A stretch of 62,875 nucleotides of DNA from a virus. Taxonomy: Duplodnaviria > Caudoviricetes. This document shows, piece after piece, positions 18,198 through 27,868 of this stretch; within the stretch, counting starts at the first letter, position 1, and the number at the start of each line of letters is the position of its first letter. The stretch covers positions 1 to 62,875 of IMG/VR virus record IMGVR_UViG_3300015245_000040. One strand, written 5' to 3'. The notes under the pieces were generated by a model. It saw only the letters and a list, made by a program, of their open reading frames with translations. It was not told where the DNA came from and searched no databases. A program made the translations under genes and the position numbers.

Positions 18198-18284
18198 ATT
18201 AAAGAAATTATAGAGCTGACTTTTCATAGAAGGATGAGCCGACGGCCTGTAGCTCAAGTGGTTAGAGTAATCACCTTAAAATAA

Positions 18285-18361
18285 AGTCCTGTAGCTCAAT
18301 CGGTTAGAGCAGACGGCATATAACCGCCAGGTTCTAGGTTCAAATCCTAGCAGGACTACCA
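18285..18361 (+). tRNA. tRNA-Ile(TAT)
   Basis: AGTCCTG/CAGGACT acceptor, loop CA-TAT-AA, CCA end. Confidence 0.8.
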
Positions 18362-18363
18362 AC

Positions 18364-18774
18364 ATGAAATTTTTCATATGTAACAATTGCAGTAAACACA
18401 TACCAATAAGTTATGGATCTTTTAATAAATACTGTTCTAGTAAATGTGATCAAGAATTCAGATTTAAAATAAGATATAATTTATGGATAAAAAATGAACT
18501 TATTGTTCCTGATTCATATGGGGCACGGGCATTAAAACGACTTGTATCATTTAGAGATGGATACAAATGTTCAGAATGCTCACTATCAGAATGGAGAGGT
18601 AAAAAACTATCACTTGAACTAGAGCATAAAGATGGAAATCATCAAAATAATGAGCCAGAAAATGTTTGTTTATTATGCCCTAACTGTCATAGTCAAACAC
18701 CTACTTTTAGGGGCAAAAACAAAGGTAAAGGTAGATCCTATTTTAGAAACAGATTTCATAAAAACAAAAATTAA
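18364..18774 (+). CDS. HNH endonuclease, paralog of 17597..18088
   Basis: LELEHKDGNHQNNEPENVCLLCPNCHSQTPTFRGKNKGKGR. Confidence 0.9.
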   Translation: MKFFICNNCSKHIPISYGSFNKYCSSKCDQEFRFKIRYNLWIKNELIVPDSYGARALKRLVSFRDGYKCSECSLSEWRGKKLSLELEHKDGNHQNNEPENVCLLCPNCHSQTPTFRGKNKGKGRSYFRNRFHKNKN

Positions 18775-18899
18775 GTATTATTTCAATTTCCAAACAAAAA
18801 CATAAAAATATTAGAATAGTTATATTTTATGGAATACACAAACACTAAGTGATAGATCTGGGTTCAATCCCCAGCAGACCAACCAGTAAAGAGGGCAAC

Positions 18900-19682
18900 A
18901 TGTCAGAAACTGAAGTATCAAACGACGCTGAATATGACTTCGTTGATAAGAGTTCATGGGGTCAGGGGGAATGGCTCAATGAGCCAGATAAAATAACTTG
19001 GACTGATCCTGAAACAGGCTATTCATGCATTGTCCTACGCGGTCCTGTAGGATCATTCTGTGGTTATGTTGGGGTACCTATCTATCACCCTGCTTATGGC
19101 CTAAGCTATAACGGATCTACTCAACATGATCATGATCAACGCAGTGATGCTTTTTTAAAAGCCCTTAGAAATAATGTTGATAAAAGTAAGCCTTTCCTTG
19201 ATCGTATTGGTCTTGATAAACTCCCTGAAACACCTGTGGTTCCAAATATCGGTGACAAAATTAGTGAAATTAGGGTCCATGGAGGTTTGACCTATTCAGG
19301 GGGACCTCATAAACCCACTAAGGAAATGTGGGAAAATTACAAATTACAGGCCTTTAGAAGTAGAATTGAAGCTGCAATGTTTCCTCATGGTGATTCGGCT
19401 GAATTTCTAAAGGAATGGGGACCATTTCTTGATGACTATGAAGCTTGGTCTAAGCAAGTAATCTTAAAAACTATTGGTTCAGAAAATTATGATGACGAAA
19501 ATTGGTACTTTGGCTTCGACTGTTCTCATCACCTTGACCTAAGCCCTAAGCTTGAAGCCACATTAAAATTGGTTGGTAGTTATTCATCACATACTCACTT
19601 GCGTGATGTCTATCGTAATATAAGTTACGTAAAAAAGGAAGTTGTGTCACTAGCCCAACAACTTAAACAATTGGCTCCGTAG
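18900..19682 (+). CDS. Conserved phage hypothetical protein
   Basis: FCGYVGVP, VHGGLTY and WYFGFDCSH motifs; GAGGGC RBS before ATG 18900. Confidence 0.8.
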   Translation: MSETEVSNDAEYDFVDKSSWGQGEWLNEPDKITWTDPETGYSCIVLRGPVGSFCGYVGVPIYHPAYGLSYNGSTQHDHDQRSDAFLKALRNNVDKSKPFLDRIGLDKLPETPVVPNIGDKISEIRVHGGLTYSGGPHKPTKEMWENYKLQAFRSRIEAAMFPHGDSAEFLKEWGPFLDDYEAWSKQVILKTIGSENYDDENWYFGFDCSHHLDLSPKLEATLKLVGSYSSHTHLRDVYRNISYVKKEVVSLAQQLKQLAP

Positions 19683-19746
19683 CTCAACTGGAAAGAGCAA
19701 CGAATTTCTAATTCGTAGGTTGAAAGTTCGAGTCTTTCCGGAGTCA
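19673..19746 (+). tRNA. tRNA-Arg(TCT)
   Basis: Cloverleaf; stem ACGAA/TTCGT, loop TT-TCT-AA. Confidence 0.88.
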
Positions 19747-19747
19747 C

Positions 19748-19821
19748 GGCGGGATGTCAGATTGGTTATGTAGGAAACTGCAAATTTCCCTAAGTGGGTT
19801 CGATTCCCTCTCTCGCCTCCA
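19748..19821 (+). tRNA. tRNA-Cys(GCA)
   Basis: GGAAA/TTTCC stem, loop CT-GCA-AA, U73, CCA. Confidence 0.8.
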
Positions 19822-19951
19822 TATGGTACGTGTAGCATAGTCTGGTTAATTCCCTCCCTGAAGTAAGGAATAAAATTCGTATGCAGCATATAAACGATTA
19901 TGAGTGTAATAAGGTTGAGATTAATTTATTTGACAGATGATAGTATTCTCA

Positions 19952-20026
19952 GGGCTTGTAGCTTAATCGGTCTAAAGCATACGACTTTTAATCGTAAGAT
20001 CCTGGGTTCAAATCCCTCCGTGTCCT
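19952..20026 (+). pseudogene. tRNA-Lys(TTT), probably degenerate
   Basis: Good D and anticodon arms (CT-TTT-AA) but mismatched T and acceptor stems. Confidence 0.6.
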
Positions 20027-21966
20027 CATAACAAATCACAATTCCCACTAACGCAAGATAACTCTTGACTACCTGTAGTCATATCTAGTTTCTCATAATC
20101 TTTCAGTTTAATCCAATCTATTTCCTGAGGAGTCTTATTTACCCATTCATTATATTGATCCTCAGTTAAATCAGCGAATGGAGCCTGCTGATAACTATGA
20201 TCTGAGAATGGAAGAAATGAAACTCCACTCATAAATTCAAAGTTATCATATATCCAACTACCTACCCTCATCCACTCATCTTCACGGACTGATACAGTCA
20301 CCGAAGGTTTATGTTCGGTCCAATAAAGTTGATATGATTTCCATATATCTAATTGTTTAACAGCACTAAAATCTTTCTTAAATAGGGCATTATCTGGACT
20401 TTTAAGGGGGAAGTAGAATACATAATTACTGTGATGCATTAAATCATCTTCATAGTAAAAACCTTGATCTATTAAAAGTTGTGAAACAGGGTCTTTCTTA
20501 TCATTTCTTACTGAACGTAGGTAAAAAGGAGAGTGCCTAGTATGGATACCAGAGGAGGTATTGTTAAGGGAACTGACAGTCCCTGAAGGCTTAACACAAG
20601 TAATCGCGGTTGCTTGCGGTATTCCAAACTTCTTACTCCATTCTAAATTGGTTTGAATGGCCCTCTTCCTTAACTTAGTTAATACTCCCTTTAAATGCTC
20701 AGTCCCTTGGGCACCTGATGTTATCACATTATCCATTATCCCTGTCATAGATACCCCTAACAACCTTTCATCCTCAAAGTTCTTTTTCCACGTCTTTGAT
20801 AAGAATTTAAAATTTGTCAGGGTAGATTGGATAGTTCCTAGAATAGTTGCAATTTTTACTTTTTCTAACAATGTATCAATAGTGTCATCATCCCTGATAA
20901 TAATTTCAGTTAGATTACACCCTTGTTTATCCCTTAGTATTATCTCAGAGCATGGATTACAGCCCCATTCATAATTAGGGTCCCGTAACCTGCAGTCATC
21001 ACCAAAGTGTTTCTTTCTAAAGTCATTAGATCGGTTAATTATATTCTTAGAAGCCCAGCGTGAAAATATGCCCCGTTCACCTGATTTGGAATCATACAAT
21101 GACTTCCATTCGGCGATAAAAGTATCCATTGGAGGAACTTTATCAGTATAAACTGCTGAATTATTAGCTATTGATCTATAAGATGTTGTTGACCACCACT
21201 GACCCATCTTAGCATTACGCATTCTATCATCAGACAAGTTTGACAATGATATAAGGGCCGACCGTCTCACACCCCCGCTCACAACTACATTTCCTATCAT
21301 GCAACAAATATCATGACAGTCTAAGGATGTAAGTTTTTGCCCTCTGTTCTGTTTAAATTTTTCTATTACAAATTTGAATAACTGATCTAAAGGTGCTGGT
21401 CCACTTGCCCTCCCACCAAATATCCTCAATATAGCACCAGCAGGTCTTATCTTACTAAGATCATAATTTGGAATGTTACCCATATATAAAAGGCTGATAA
21501 GCTCATTCAGGGATTTAGCCCATCCCAACTTAGAATCAGAAACTACTATTGTAGTATCAGTTGGATATAATTCATCAGGAACATCAGGAAGATTATTAAT
21601 AAATTGCCTCTCAATACTAAAACCTACACCACAACCATTCATTAAGACATAAAGCATCTCACCAAATGCTTTAGGGCTATTTATAGAAAGATAGAGACAA
21701 TTATAGCCTCCTATATTGTCCCTTTCTAAGGCTAGACCAGCAGTCATCAGACATCGCATCGACGGCATAACTTGATAATTTAGAATAGCTGATTCTAAAT
21801 AACTCCTAGTTTCAGTGTCTAGAATATATCCACAATTTTCTTTCAAATGGACTTGAAAGAAGTCAAAATACCTTTTAATCGTTTCAGGCCACCTTTCCCG
21901 TCTTCCTTCCTCATGCAAGTAACGGGCGTACTTTGAGATATAAACATAGTCTGAGAAGGTAGACAT
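20026..21966 (-). CDS. nrdJ: Class II (adenosylcobalamin-dependent) ribonucleotide reductase
   Basis: MPSMR, GCGVGFS, GGRASGP, GGVRRSALI, NPCSEI, TCVKPSGT, C-terminal CxxxxC. Confidence 0.92.
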   Translation of the reverse strand: MSTFSDYVYISKYARYLHEEGRRERWPETIKRYFDFFQVHLKENCGYILDTETRSYLESAILNYQVMPSMRCLMTAGLALERDNIGGYNCLYLSINSPKAFGEMLYVLMNGCGVGFSIERQFINNLPDVPDELYPTDTTIVVSDSKLGWAKSLNELISLLYMGNIPNYDLSKIRPAGAILRIFGGRASGPAPLDQLFKFVIEKFKQNRGQKLTSLDCHDICCMIGNVVVSGGVRRSALISLSNLSDDRMRNAKMGQWWSTTSYRSIANNSAVYTDKVPPMDTFIAEWKSLYDSKSGERGIFSRWASKNIINRSNDFRKKHFGDDCRLRDPNYEWGCNPCSEIILRDKQGCNLTEIIIRDDDTIDTLLEKVKIATILGTIQSTLTNFKFLSKTWKKNFEDERLLGVSMTGIMDNVITSGAQGTEHLKGVLTKLRKRAIQTNLEWSKKFGIPQATAITCVKPSGTVSSLNNTSSGIHTRHSPFYLRSVRNDKKDPVSQLLIDQGFYYEDDLMHHSNYVFYFPLKSPDNALFKKDFSAVKQLDIWKSYQLYWTEHKPSVTVSVREDEWMRVGSWIYDNFEFMSGVSFLPFSDHSYQQAPFADLTEDQYNEWVNKTPQEIDWIKLKDYEKLDMTTGSQELSCVSGNCDLL

Positions 21967-22026
21967 TCAACCCTCAAGTAGTTAGGGGTAGCCCCAGTCT
22001 AATCATACTCTTTTCTACTTGAAAGG

Positions 22027-22341
22027 TTACTTACCTTTACGCTTTATCTGTTTAATCGCTGTATTAATACTTCCTCTAATATCCTTCCTACGATCATCAG
22101 GAGTCATCTCATATCTAGCAATAGTAATATGCATCTGATGTGCAGCTTTCTTATCTTCTTTTATATCATTATCAGAATGTTCATAATCGTGAAAAGCTTT
22201 CTTAAATTGTGGTGGGCTAATACCTTTCTTTTTAGCCTCAGCTGGTTCCTCTTTAGGGGTAGGGGTTACAGGCACTTTTCTTTTAGCCATTTTTCTGTTC
22301 CTTAAAGTTGTTGTTGTGATTTCAGGTAGATTTGGTGCCAT
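22027..22341 (-). CDS. Basic protein with capsid-like N-terminus
   Basis: MAPNLPEITTTTLRNR versus capsid MAFPNLSEIVTTTLRNR. Confidence 0.7.
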   Translation of the reverse strand: MAPNLPEITTTTLRNRKMAKRKVPVTPTPKEEPAEAKKKGISPPQFKKAFHDYEHSDNDIKEDKKAAHQMHITIARYEMTPDDRRKDIRGSINTAIKQIKRKGK

Positions 22342-22350
22342 AATTACCCC

Positions 22351-22554
22351 TTATTTTCCAAGGATTCTATTTGCCTTAGCATCAATTTTAGCTTTTGATG
22401 ATGCACTAAGATTACCTTTTTTAACCTGTTGTGTAGCCCTAGCCTTAGCGTTCTGAGCATGAGATTTATCTGGCATTGGATATTTACGTTCCCCCGGTAA
22501 GCCAAACGTCTTCTTTGGTAAAGCGTTACGGGTTTTAGCCTTGAGCAAAGCCAT
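22351..22554 (-). CDS. Small basic conserved phage protein
   Basis: RNALPxxxFGLPGERKYPMPDKSHAxNAKAR motif. Confidence 0.75.
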   Translation of the reverse strand: MALLKAKTRNALPKKTFGLPGERKYPMPDKSHAQNAKARATQQVKKGNLSASSKAKIDAKANRILGK

Positions 22555-23287
22555 CTGAAAGCTCCTTTATCTTATCAGCCAATTCAGTTAGATCTTGCTT
22601 AGAAAACCTGCTATCAATTGGAATAAGTGTTAGTTCTTTGTATAGTTTATTACCCAATCCATACTTATCTTTCCATGGATCTGATAACTTGACATCTAAA
22701 CCCATCAATACCTTTTCACGGTTCTTCAATAAAATTGGAAATACTGAAGGAAATTCATGATGATGTAATTGTCTGATATCCTTAAAAATATCCTGACAAT
22801 GGTAATAATTATTATTTCTTACCTGAATTTCCTGCCAAGTTAATAATGGATGCTTATACAAGTTAGGGACTTCACTTGGACCTGATAACCTATAGGGTGA
22901 AATGATAGCAGATCCCCTTTGCCCCGGCAAAATTTTCCTGAAACTGTTGAACCAAATTTGATTATGCTCAACTGGAATAAAAGGTTCTGGTAGCCAAACT
23001 CCATCCCTGATAACAATAGTATTAGGGGGTGAATCTTTCCCTACTAATGATTCTTTTCCGAAAAAATCAATTAGATAGAACACTTTTGGTTCACTACCTG
23101 TACCTACATTAGCAGACCAGTTAAATAATGAGTCTATATGATAGAATTCTATGTTCTTTACCCTACTTTTAACTTCATCAATTATTTCATCTGGAATGAA
23201 ATCAGGTAAATACCACGTACGATTCCGGAAATTTTCTGCAAGGACTTTAACAGCATCTAATCCCCGTTCTAACCAATAATAATACAT
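22535..23287 (-). CDS. Divergent DegT/DnrJ-like (sugar aminotransferase fold) protein
   Basis: RGLDA, LPDFI, FYHID, IDFFG and NSFRK pattern; shortened relative to the family. Confidence 0.45.
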   Translation of the reverse strand: MYYYWLERGLDAVKVLAENFRNRTWYLPDFIPDEIIDEVKSRVKNIEFYHIDSLFNWSANVGTGSEPKVFYLIDFFGKESLVGKDSPPNTIVIRDGVWLPEPFIPVEHNQIWFNSFRKILPGQRGSAIISPYRLSGPSEVPNLYKHPLLTWQEIQVRNNNYYHCQDIFKDIRQLHHHEFPSVFPILLKNREKVLMGLDVKLSDPWKDKYGLGNKLYKELTLIPIDSRFSKQDLTELADKIKELSDGFAQG

Positions 23288-23288
23288 C

Positions 23289-23468
23289 TTACTTCACCAC
23301 TGGTTTTGTGATCTTATTACTCATACAGGCTTCAATTAAATCACGTCTATACCCTCTACTAACAAGATCTTCTTTAAATTTATCCTCTATATAACCCAGT
23401 AAATCAGCAATAAGTAATTCTGATGCTACTTTAAATTCATCTTCAGTTAGCTTGGCCTTCTCACTCAT
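23289..23468 (-). CDS. Small hypothetical protein (59 aa)
   Basis: MSEKAKLTEDEF...; fills the gap and overlaps the upstream stop. Confidence 0.55.
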   Translation of the reverse strand: MSEKAKLTEDEFKVASELLIADLLGYIEDKFKEDLVSRGYRRDLIEACMSNKITKPVVK

Positions 23469-24069
23469 TTTTCACCGCCTCTACGATCCAAAGATGGATA
23501 TGTTGCCAGTCCTCACCCCGTTCTAAATCATAACTCAATGTATTGATTTTAACATCACTGAAATTATTAAAACTTTGTTTGATTTCTAGATAGTTCTGAA
23601 ACGTTGCTTCTTCTATCTCATTAAAAATCAATTTTGAGCAATTATCAGCAGGGGACATTGAAAATATCCTACCTCCTGGTTTTAGAACCTTAAATAGGCT
23701 CTGCATAACCCCTTCAATTTTATCTTTTTGTATATAACAAAGAGAATTAATATCAATGATTGCATCAAAGAAATCTGACTTGAATTCTAATTGTGTAATA
23801 TCACCACAAGCTAAAAATGCTTCTAATCTTTCCTTTGTTAACCTGTCTTTTATTTTTTCTATGGCCACTAAAGAACCATCAATAGCAGCTACTGAAAAAC
23901 CTTCCCTTGCCAAAAACCATGAAGATGCTCCTGTACCACATCCAACATCAAGTATTCTAATCTTTTTCCTGTCTGATGAATTATAGTAATGCTTGGCTAT
24001 AAACCTAATCAGCATGTTATCTGGATAACATGCTGATTGCTTTTCATACTTTTTATTCCAACTACTCAT
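23461..24069 (-). CDS. Class I SAM-dependent methyltransferase
   Basis: ILDVGCGTG, AIDGS, FFDAII, LKPGGR. Confidence 0.88.
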   Translation of the reverse strand: MSSWNKKYEKQSACYPDNMLIRFIAKHYYNSSDRKKIRILDVGCGTGASSWFLAREGFSVAAIDGSLVAIEKIKDRLTKERLEAFLACGDITQLEFKSDFFDAIIDINSLCYIQKDKIEGVMQSLFKVLKPGGRIFSMSPADNCSKLIFNEIEEATFQNYLEIKQSFNNFSDVKINTLSYDLERGEDWQHIHLWIVEAVKNE

Positions 24070-24082
24070 GTCTCATCCCATA

Positions 24083-24547
24083 TTATACATCTTTTTCCCA
24101 ATAAGACTTATCACCCTCTTCTGAGATAAAATCATTATTTTGTAAGCCAAATTTCTTATTAAGAAATCTTAATGCCTCATTATAAGAATCAGTCGTTGCT
24201 ATAATAGATCCATTCTTATACTCATCCAACCTAGTCAGCAGGTACTTTGGGTAAGATGTTTTACAATAGTGAAAATTAAGGGCTTCTACTCTTTCTTCTA
24301 AGCTCATCCCTTTCTTTAAATAAGACCAATCTTCTATTTCAAAGTCATAACATGGATCATAAATTACATCACGCCAATACCTTACCCCATAAGGTGATCC
24401 AATATATCTTGTTATATGCACATGTCCTATTACTAACCTATTTGAAAAATCAGGGGCAAAAGGCAATGCCTGAACACCCGAATTGGTTCCAAGTAAGGAA
24501 CCCATTGCTGTTAAAAATACTCTCTTAGTTAGTTTCATCATCATCAT
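24083..24547 (-). CDS. Hypothetical protein
   Basis: 154-aa ORF. Confidence 0.55.
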   Translation of the reverse strand: MMMMKLTKRVFLTAMGSLLGTNSGVQALPFAPDFSNRLVIGHVHITRYIGSPYGVRYWRDVIYDPCYDFEIEDWSYLKKGMSLEERVEALNFHYCKTSYPKYLLTRLDEYKNGSIIATTDSYNEALRFLNKKFGLQNNDFISEEGDKSYWEKDV

Positions 24548-25519
24548 CTACTTCACCTTTCGATCTAAGAACCATTGCGCCAGTTTAAGCCAAATATGAT
24601 CCTTACCGATTTGATCTTCAATGCCATGCTCTAGGTTTGGATTATCATTTACTTCCATTACAACTAAACCATCAGAAGTTTCCTTTATATCAACCCCATA
24701 AAGACCCTCACCCCCTAATGCTTTCACAGCATCAACAGCCAAGTCTAAAACTTCAACAGGGGTCTGTTCAAGTGCTTTTGTGTAGTGAGCTCCCTCCCTC
24801 TGCTTACCATCAGGGTAGTGCTTAATAATCTGCCAATGGCCCCTGGCAAAGTGATATTCACAGACAAATAGTGGTTCCCTACCTAAAACTCCAACTCTCC
24901 AATCAAACTTACTCTGCAAGAAAGGTTGAACCAGTAAAGTCTGTGATTGTCTAAAAAGTTCTGTAGTCGCCCGACCCAGTTCCTCAACTGAGTTTACTTT
25001 ATACATTCCACAACCAAACGCACCATCAGGTATCTTAACCACTAAAGGCAACTTGACTTTATCAAGGACCCGAAAGGCTTCGAGACTATTTTCTGCTGAA
25101 ATAAGTAAGGTTAATGGAGTTCCAATACCAGCATCAGCCAGCATTGTCATCTGAGGTATCTTGTTACAACAAATTAAAATTGATTTGTAATCATCTATAC
25201 AAGGTATTTTTAAAGTGTTTGCTCTAACTGCAAAATCAAAAGTTCTATTTGTTATTGAAGTGGTCTGCCTAATCCATAAGCCATCATACTGATTAAGTTT
25301 ATCTATTTCATTCTGATTTATTTGATGAACAGATATCCCAACATCAGAAACAATTTTAGCAAAATGTCTGATAGTAACCAGTGAGGAAGGAGTTGGCTTG
25401 ATTAATGGTTGACACAGAACAGCTAGATTAAATTTTGGTATTCTTAGTTTCTGTTTCCCCTTAGAGGGAGGTTTATCTGATGTTTCATCTACTTCCAATG
25501 TTGGAAGATTTGTTTCCAT
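24548..25519 (-). CDS. RimK-family ATP-grasp ligase
   Basis: PLVVKIPDGAFG, FDWRVGVL, LYGVDIKE, VMEVNDNP. Confidence 0.88.
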   Translation of the reverse strand: METNLPTLEVDETSDKPPSKGKQKLRIPKFNLAVLCQPLIKPTPSSLVTIRHFAKIVSDVGISVHQINQNEIDKLNQYDGLWIRQTTSITNRTFDFAVRANTLKIPCIDDYKSILICCNKIPQMTMLADAGIGTPLTLLISAENSLEAFRVLDKVKLPLVVKIPDGAFGCGMYKVNSVEELGRATTELFRQSQTLLVQPFLQSKFDWRVGVLGREPLFVCEYHFARGHWQIIKHYPDGKQREGAHYTKALEQTPVEVLDLAVDAVKALGGEGLYGVDIKETSDGLVVMEVNDNPNLEHGIEDQIGKDHIWLKLAQWFLDRKVK

Positions 25520-25597
25520 AACACCCTTGATTAGGTTGTTCTAAAGGGAATTTTTACATTCCCTTTAGATTTGTTTACCTTTTAACTATATACCTTT

Positions 25598-25792
25598 TTA
25601 TGATTTAACCGGTGTAAAGGGTCCTGGTGTTGCTGGTGATAGAGCATGAGCAAGACCATTAACTGCCGTAATTACTACGGTGGCAATTCCAGCCCCTTCA
25701 CTACCTAGTATATTAATCACACCAGTAGATTGAAGAATCCCAAGAATTGCCCCAGCCGCATTCAACCAAGTCATCCAAGTAGGCGATATCAT
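25598..25792 (-). CDS. Small membrane protein (holin-like candidate)
   Basis: Two hydrophobic helices in 64 aa. Confidence 0.55.
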   Translation of the reverse strand: MISPTWMTWLNAAGAILGILQSTGVINILGSEGAGIATVVITAVNGLAHALSPATPGPFTPVKS

Positions 25793-25831
25793 ACTATGAC
25801 TCCATTATAAGATCTACGCTTAAGCACAATA

Positions 25832-27115
25832 CTATCTATCAGACAATTCCGCAATGCTCTGCTTCAAACTATCCCTTACAGACAATCCTTTACTTGGAAC
25901 TTGCCTACGGCCTACCTCAGTCCCAGGGGCTGATGATGTAACAGATCCAGCGGCCCGTCTAGCCTTAGCCACTTTTTCTTGCTGAGCTTTCTGTTGTTCA
26001 ACCAATTTGGCTTGGCGGGCTGCTTCTGTCTTAGCTTGCTGATCAGCCCAAACCTGAGCTCTGATTTCTGGATGTGCATGAACTGCCGCATCATAGGCAG
26101 CATCTAGATCAACGCGACCATCCCTCAATGGAATTGCTGCATTACCTGTAGTCGGATCAGGGGTAAGAAGGTGTCCCATCATTACCCTGACATTCTCAAA
26201 GTGAGGTTTGTCAGATGCCCACTGCTCTAGCATCTCCTGAGTTTTAGCTTGCTGCTGTTCAGCAAAGCTTTGAGCCATGCCATTAAAGGTCTGCCCCACC
26301 TGATTCTGAAAACCATTGAGGCGTTCTTCAAGTTTATTAATATAAGATTGAACAGCTGGTGAGATCTGCTCTTCCTGTTGAACTTGTCCAGGTTGCTGGT
26401 ATTGACCATTCTGAAGAGGTTGTTGACCTTGTTGACCCCCTTGCTGTTGCTGCATCCATTGATGAACCTGAATAACTTTATCCAGATCAATGCCATAGGA
26501 AGTCATTAACCTACGGGGATCATATCTATAAGATTGAAGCAAGGCTGGGAAGGCTTGATCTGGATCCTTAGCCAAGGCATCAAACCAAGCAAAGAGTTGA
26601 CCTACTGCCTGTCCAGGAGTCTTATTAAACTGCCTGATAGTTTGAGAATAAGGAGCAATAGCCTGATCTACTTCAGCATATTGATTTTTAAGAGCTTGAA
26701 CCCCTTTCTCAACATCCTTTTCACGCTTTAGGACTGCTGCCTTAACAGGGGCAGGTAGTTCATTCCAAGAAGCCTTGGCTGTCTTATCCCATGCTGTAGG
26801 CGCTGTCTGAGTTTCAGTTTTAGGCTTAGGTTCAGTACGTCCCTGTTCCTCACCTTCAACCGATTCTACTGGTTCTGCATCATCGGTAGGCTCTACTGGC
26901 TCACGTGTCCTGATCTGTCTATCATCAGGCTCTTCCTCAGACTCATCACGCCTAGCATCCTCGAAGCTTTTCCGTAAAGAATCCCTGACTGAAGTACGTG
27001 CAGGTGCTGGTTCCCGCTCACGCGGCTGACGATCTTCAATCCCAGTATCTAAATCACGGTCATCAAGTGGTGCATTACGATCATTACCAACTGAAGTATT
27101 TACATCCATATCCAT
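25832..27115 (-). CDS. Putative head scaffolding protein
   Basis: Acidic N-terminus, APxxW...WxxLP...V...RE motif, LDAAYDAAV; downstream of portal. Confidence 0.7.
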   Translation of the reverse strand: MDMDVNTSVGNDRNAPLDDRDLDTGIEDRQPREREPAPARTSVRDSLRKSFEDARRDESEEEPDDRQIRTREPVEPTDDAEPVESVEGEEQGRTEPKPKTETQTAPTAWDKTAKASWNELPAPVKAAVLKREKDVEKGVQALKNQYAEVDQAIAPYSQTIRQFNKTPGQAVGQLFAWFDALAKDPDQAFPALLQSYRYDPRRLMTSYGIDLDKVIQVHQWMQQQQGGQQGQQPLQNGQYQQPGQVQQEEQISPAVQSYINKLEERLNGFQNQVGQTFNGMAQSFAEQQQAKTQEMLEQWASDKPHFENVRVMMGHLLTPDPTTGNAAIPLRDGRVDLDAAYDAAVHAHPEIRAQVWADQQAKTEAARQAKLVEQQKAQQEKVAKARRAAGSVTSSAPGTEVGRRQVPSKGLSVRDSLKQSIAELSDR

Positions 27116-27119
27116 TTAC

Positions 27120-27467
27120 TTATTCCTTACCATTCATTTCAATTATCTGTCTGATACTAGGGGCACGACCATCGCGAATATCGTGAATTGCTTTACGAAT
27201 GTCTTCACGACGTTGACGCCTGTCTAATTGAACAGGCGTATGTTTAGTAACTAGACTTTCATTGCCGATTTCCACACAATTAGCATCACGTGTTGCTTGT
27301 CTGAATCTACGCTTAGACGTATACATTTTTCCGTCTGCGTGATTAACCAAAGCACCCATTTCATCAGAAATTACATTCGGAGCATCAATAGATTCATAGA
27401 AACCCTTCTCAACAATTCCATTTTCGTTAGAATCAGGGTCATTTGGCTTATAGATGAATGTCGGCAT
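27120..27467 (-). CDS. Conserved phage hypothetical protein
   Basis: VISD...DGKMYTSK...CVEIGNE motif. Confidence 0.7.
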   Translation of the reverse strand: MPTFIYKPNDPDSNENGIVEKGFYESIDAPNVISDEMGALVNHADGKMYTSKRRFRQATRDANCVEIGNESLVTKHTPVQLDRRQRREDIRKAIHDIRDGRAPSIRQIIEMNGKE

Positions 27468-27473
27468 TTAATC

Positions 27474-27860
27474 CTACTTTTTATTCCAAGGTTTAAATTT
27501 CCTGAGCATATCAAGTTCCGGAAACTTTCCAGTGAACGTTATTGCTCGGTCGTCTATAGTTACCATAGCTGAAGGTTTGAAGCGTGTAAATCGGACATTT
27601 TCTAAACCTAACCTGCCAGGGCTGTCATTCCACATATTACCAGCATGAAATTTCAGGTACTTCCTCATGGCTGAAATTCCAAACCAATGATGAGACCTTG
27701 AACTGTGAATAACAACATCCCATCCTGCATCCAATGCCTCATCCATAAAAAGTAGAGCGCCTTCTACTGGTAGATCCGGAATGTTTCTAGCACCCTTCCA
27801 CCCGCTGACGTACGAATTTATTACGCCATCAAAATCCAGACATAAGATCGGTTTATACAT
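27474..27860 (-). CDS. HAD-superfamily phosphatase-like protein
   Basis: LDFDGVI, SSR, KP...IDDRA. Confidence 0.8.
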   Translation of the reverse strand: MYKPILCLDFDGVINSYVSGWKGARNIPDLPVEGALLFMDEALDAGWDVVIHSSRSHHWFGISAMRKYLKFHAGNMWNDSPGRLGLENVRFTRFKPSAMVTIDDRAITFTGKFPELDMLRKFKPWNKK

Positions 27861-27868
27861 CTACAGAT

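Larger units (their letters stand above)
18243..18885 (+). pseudogene. Split tRNA-Ile(TAT) remnant: 5' half 18243-18278, 3' half 18846-18885
   Basis: Anticodon stem ATCAC/GTGAT separated by about 570 nt; halves CTTA + TAA rebuild CT-TAT-AA; 3' half has T arm and ACCA. Confidence 0.8.

Noticed and set aside
19824-19885. tRNA-like 5' fragment (TGTAGCATAGTCTGGTTAA)
   Set aside because: No T arm or matching acceptor strand found; too decayed to call.
20026-21966. Intein or intron in nrdJ (terL also checked)
   Set aside because: ORFs are continuous, of normal length, and lack splice motifs.
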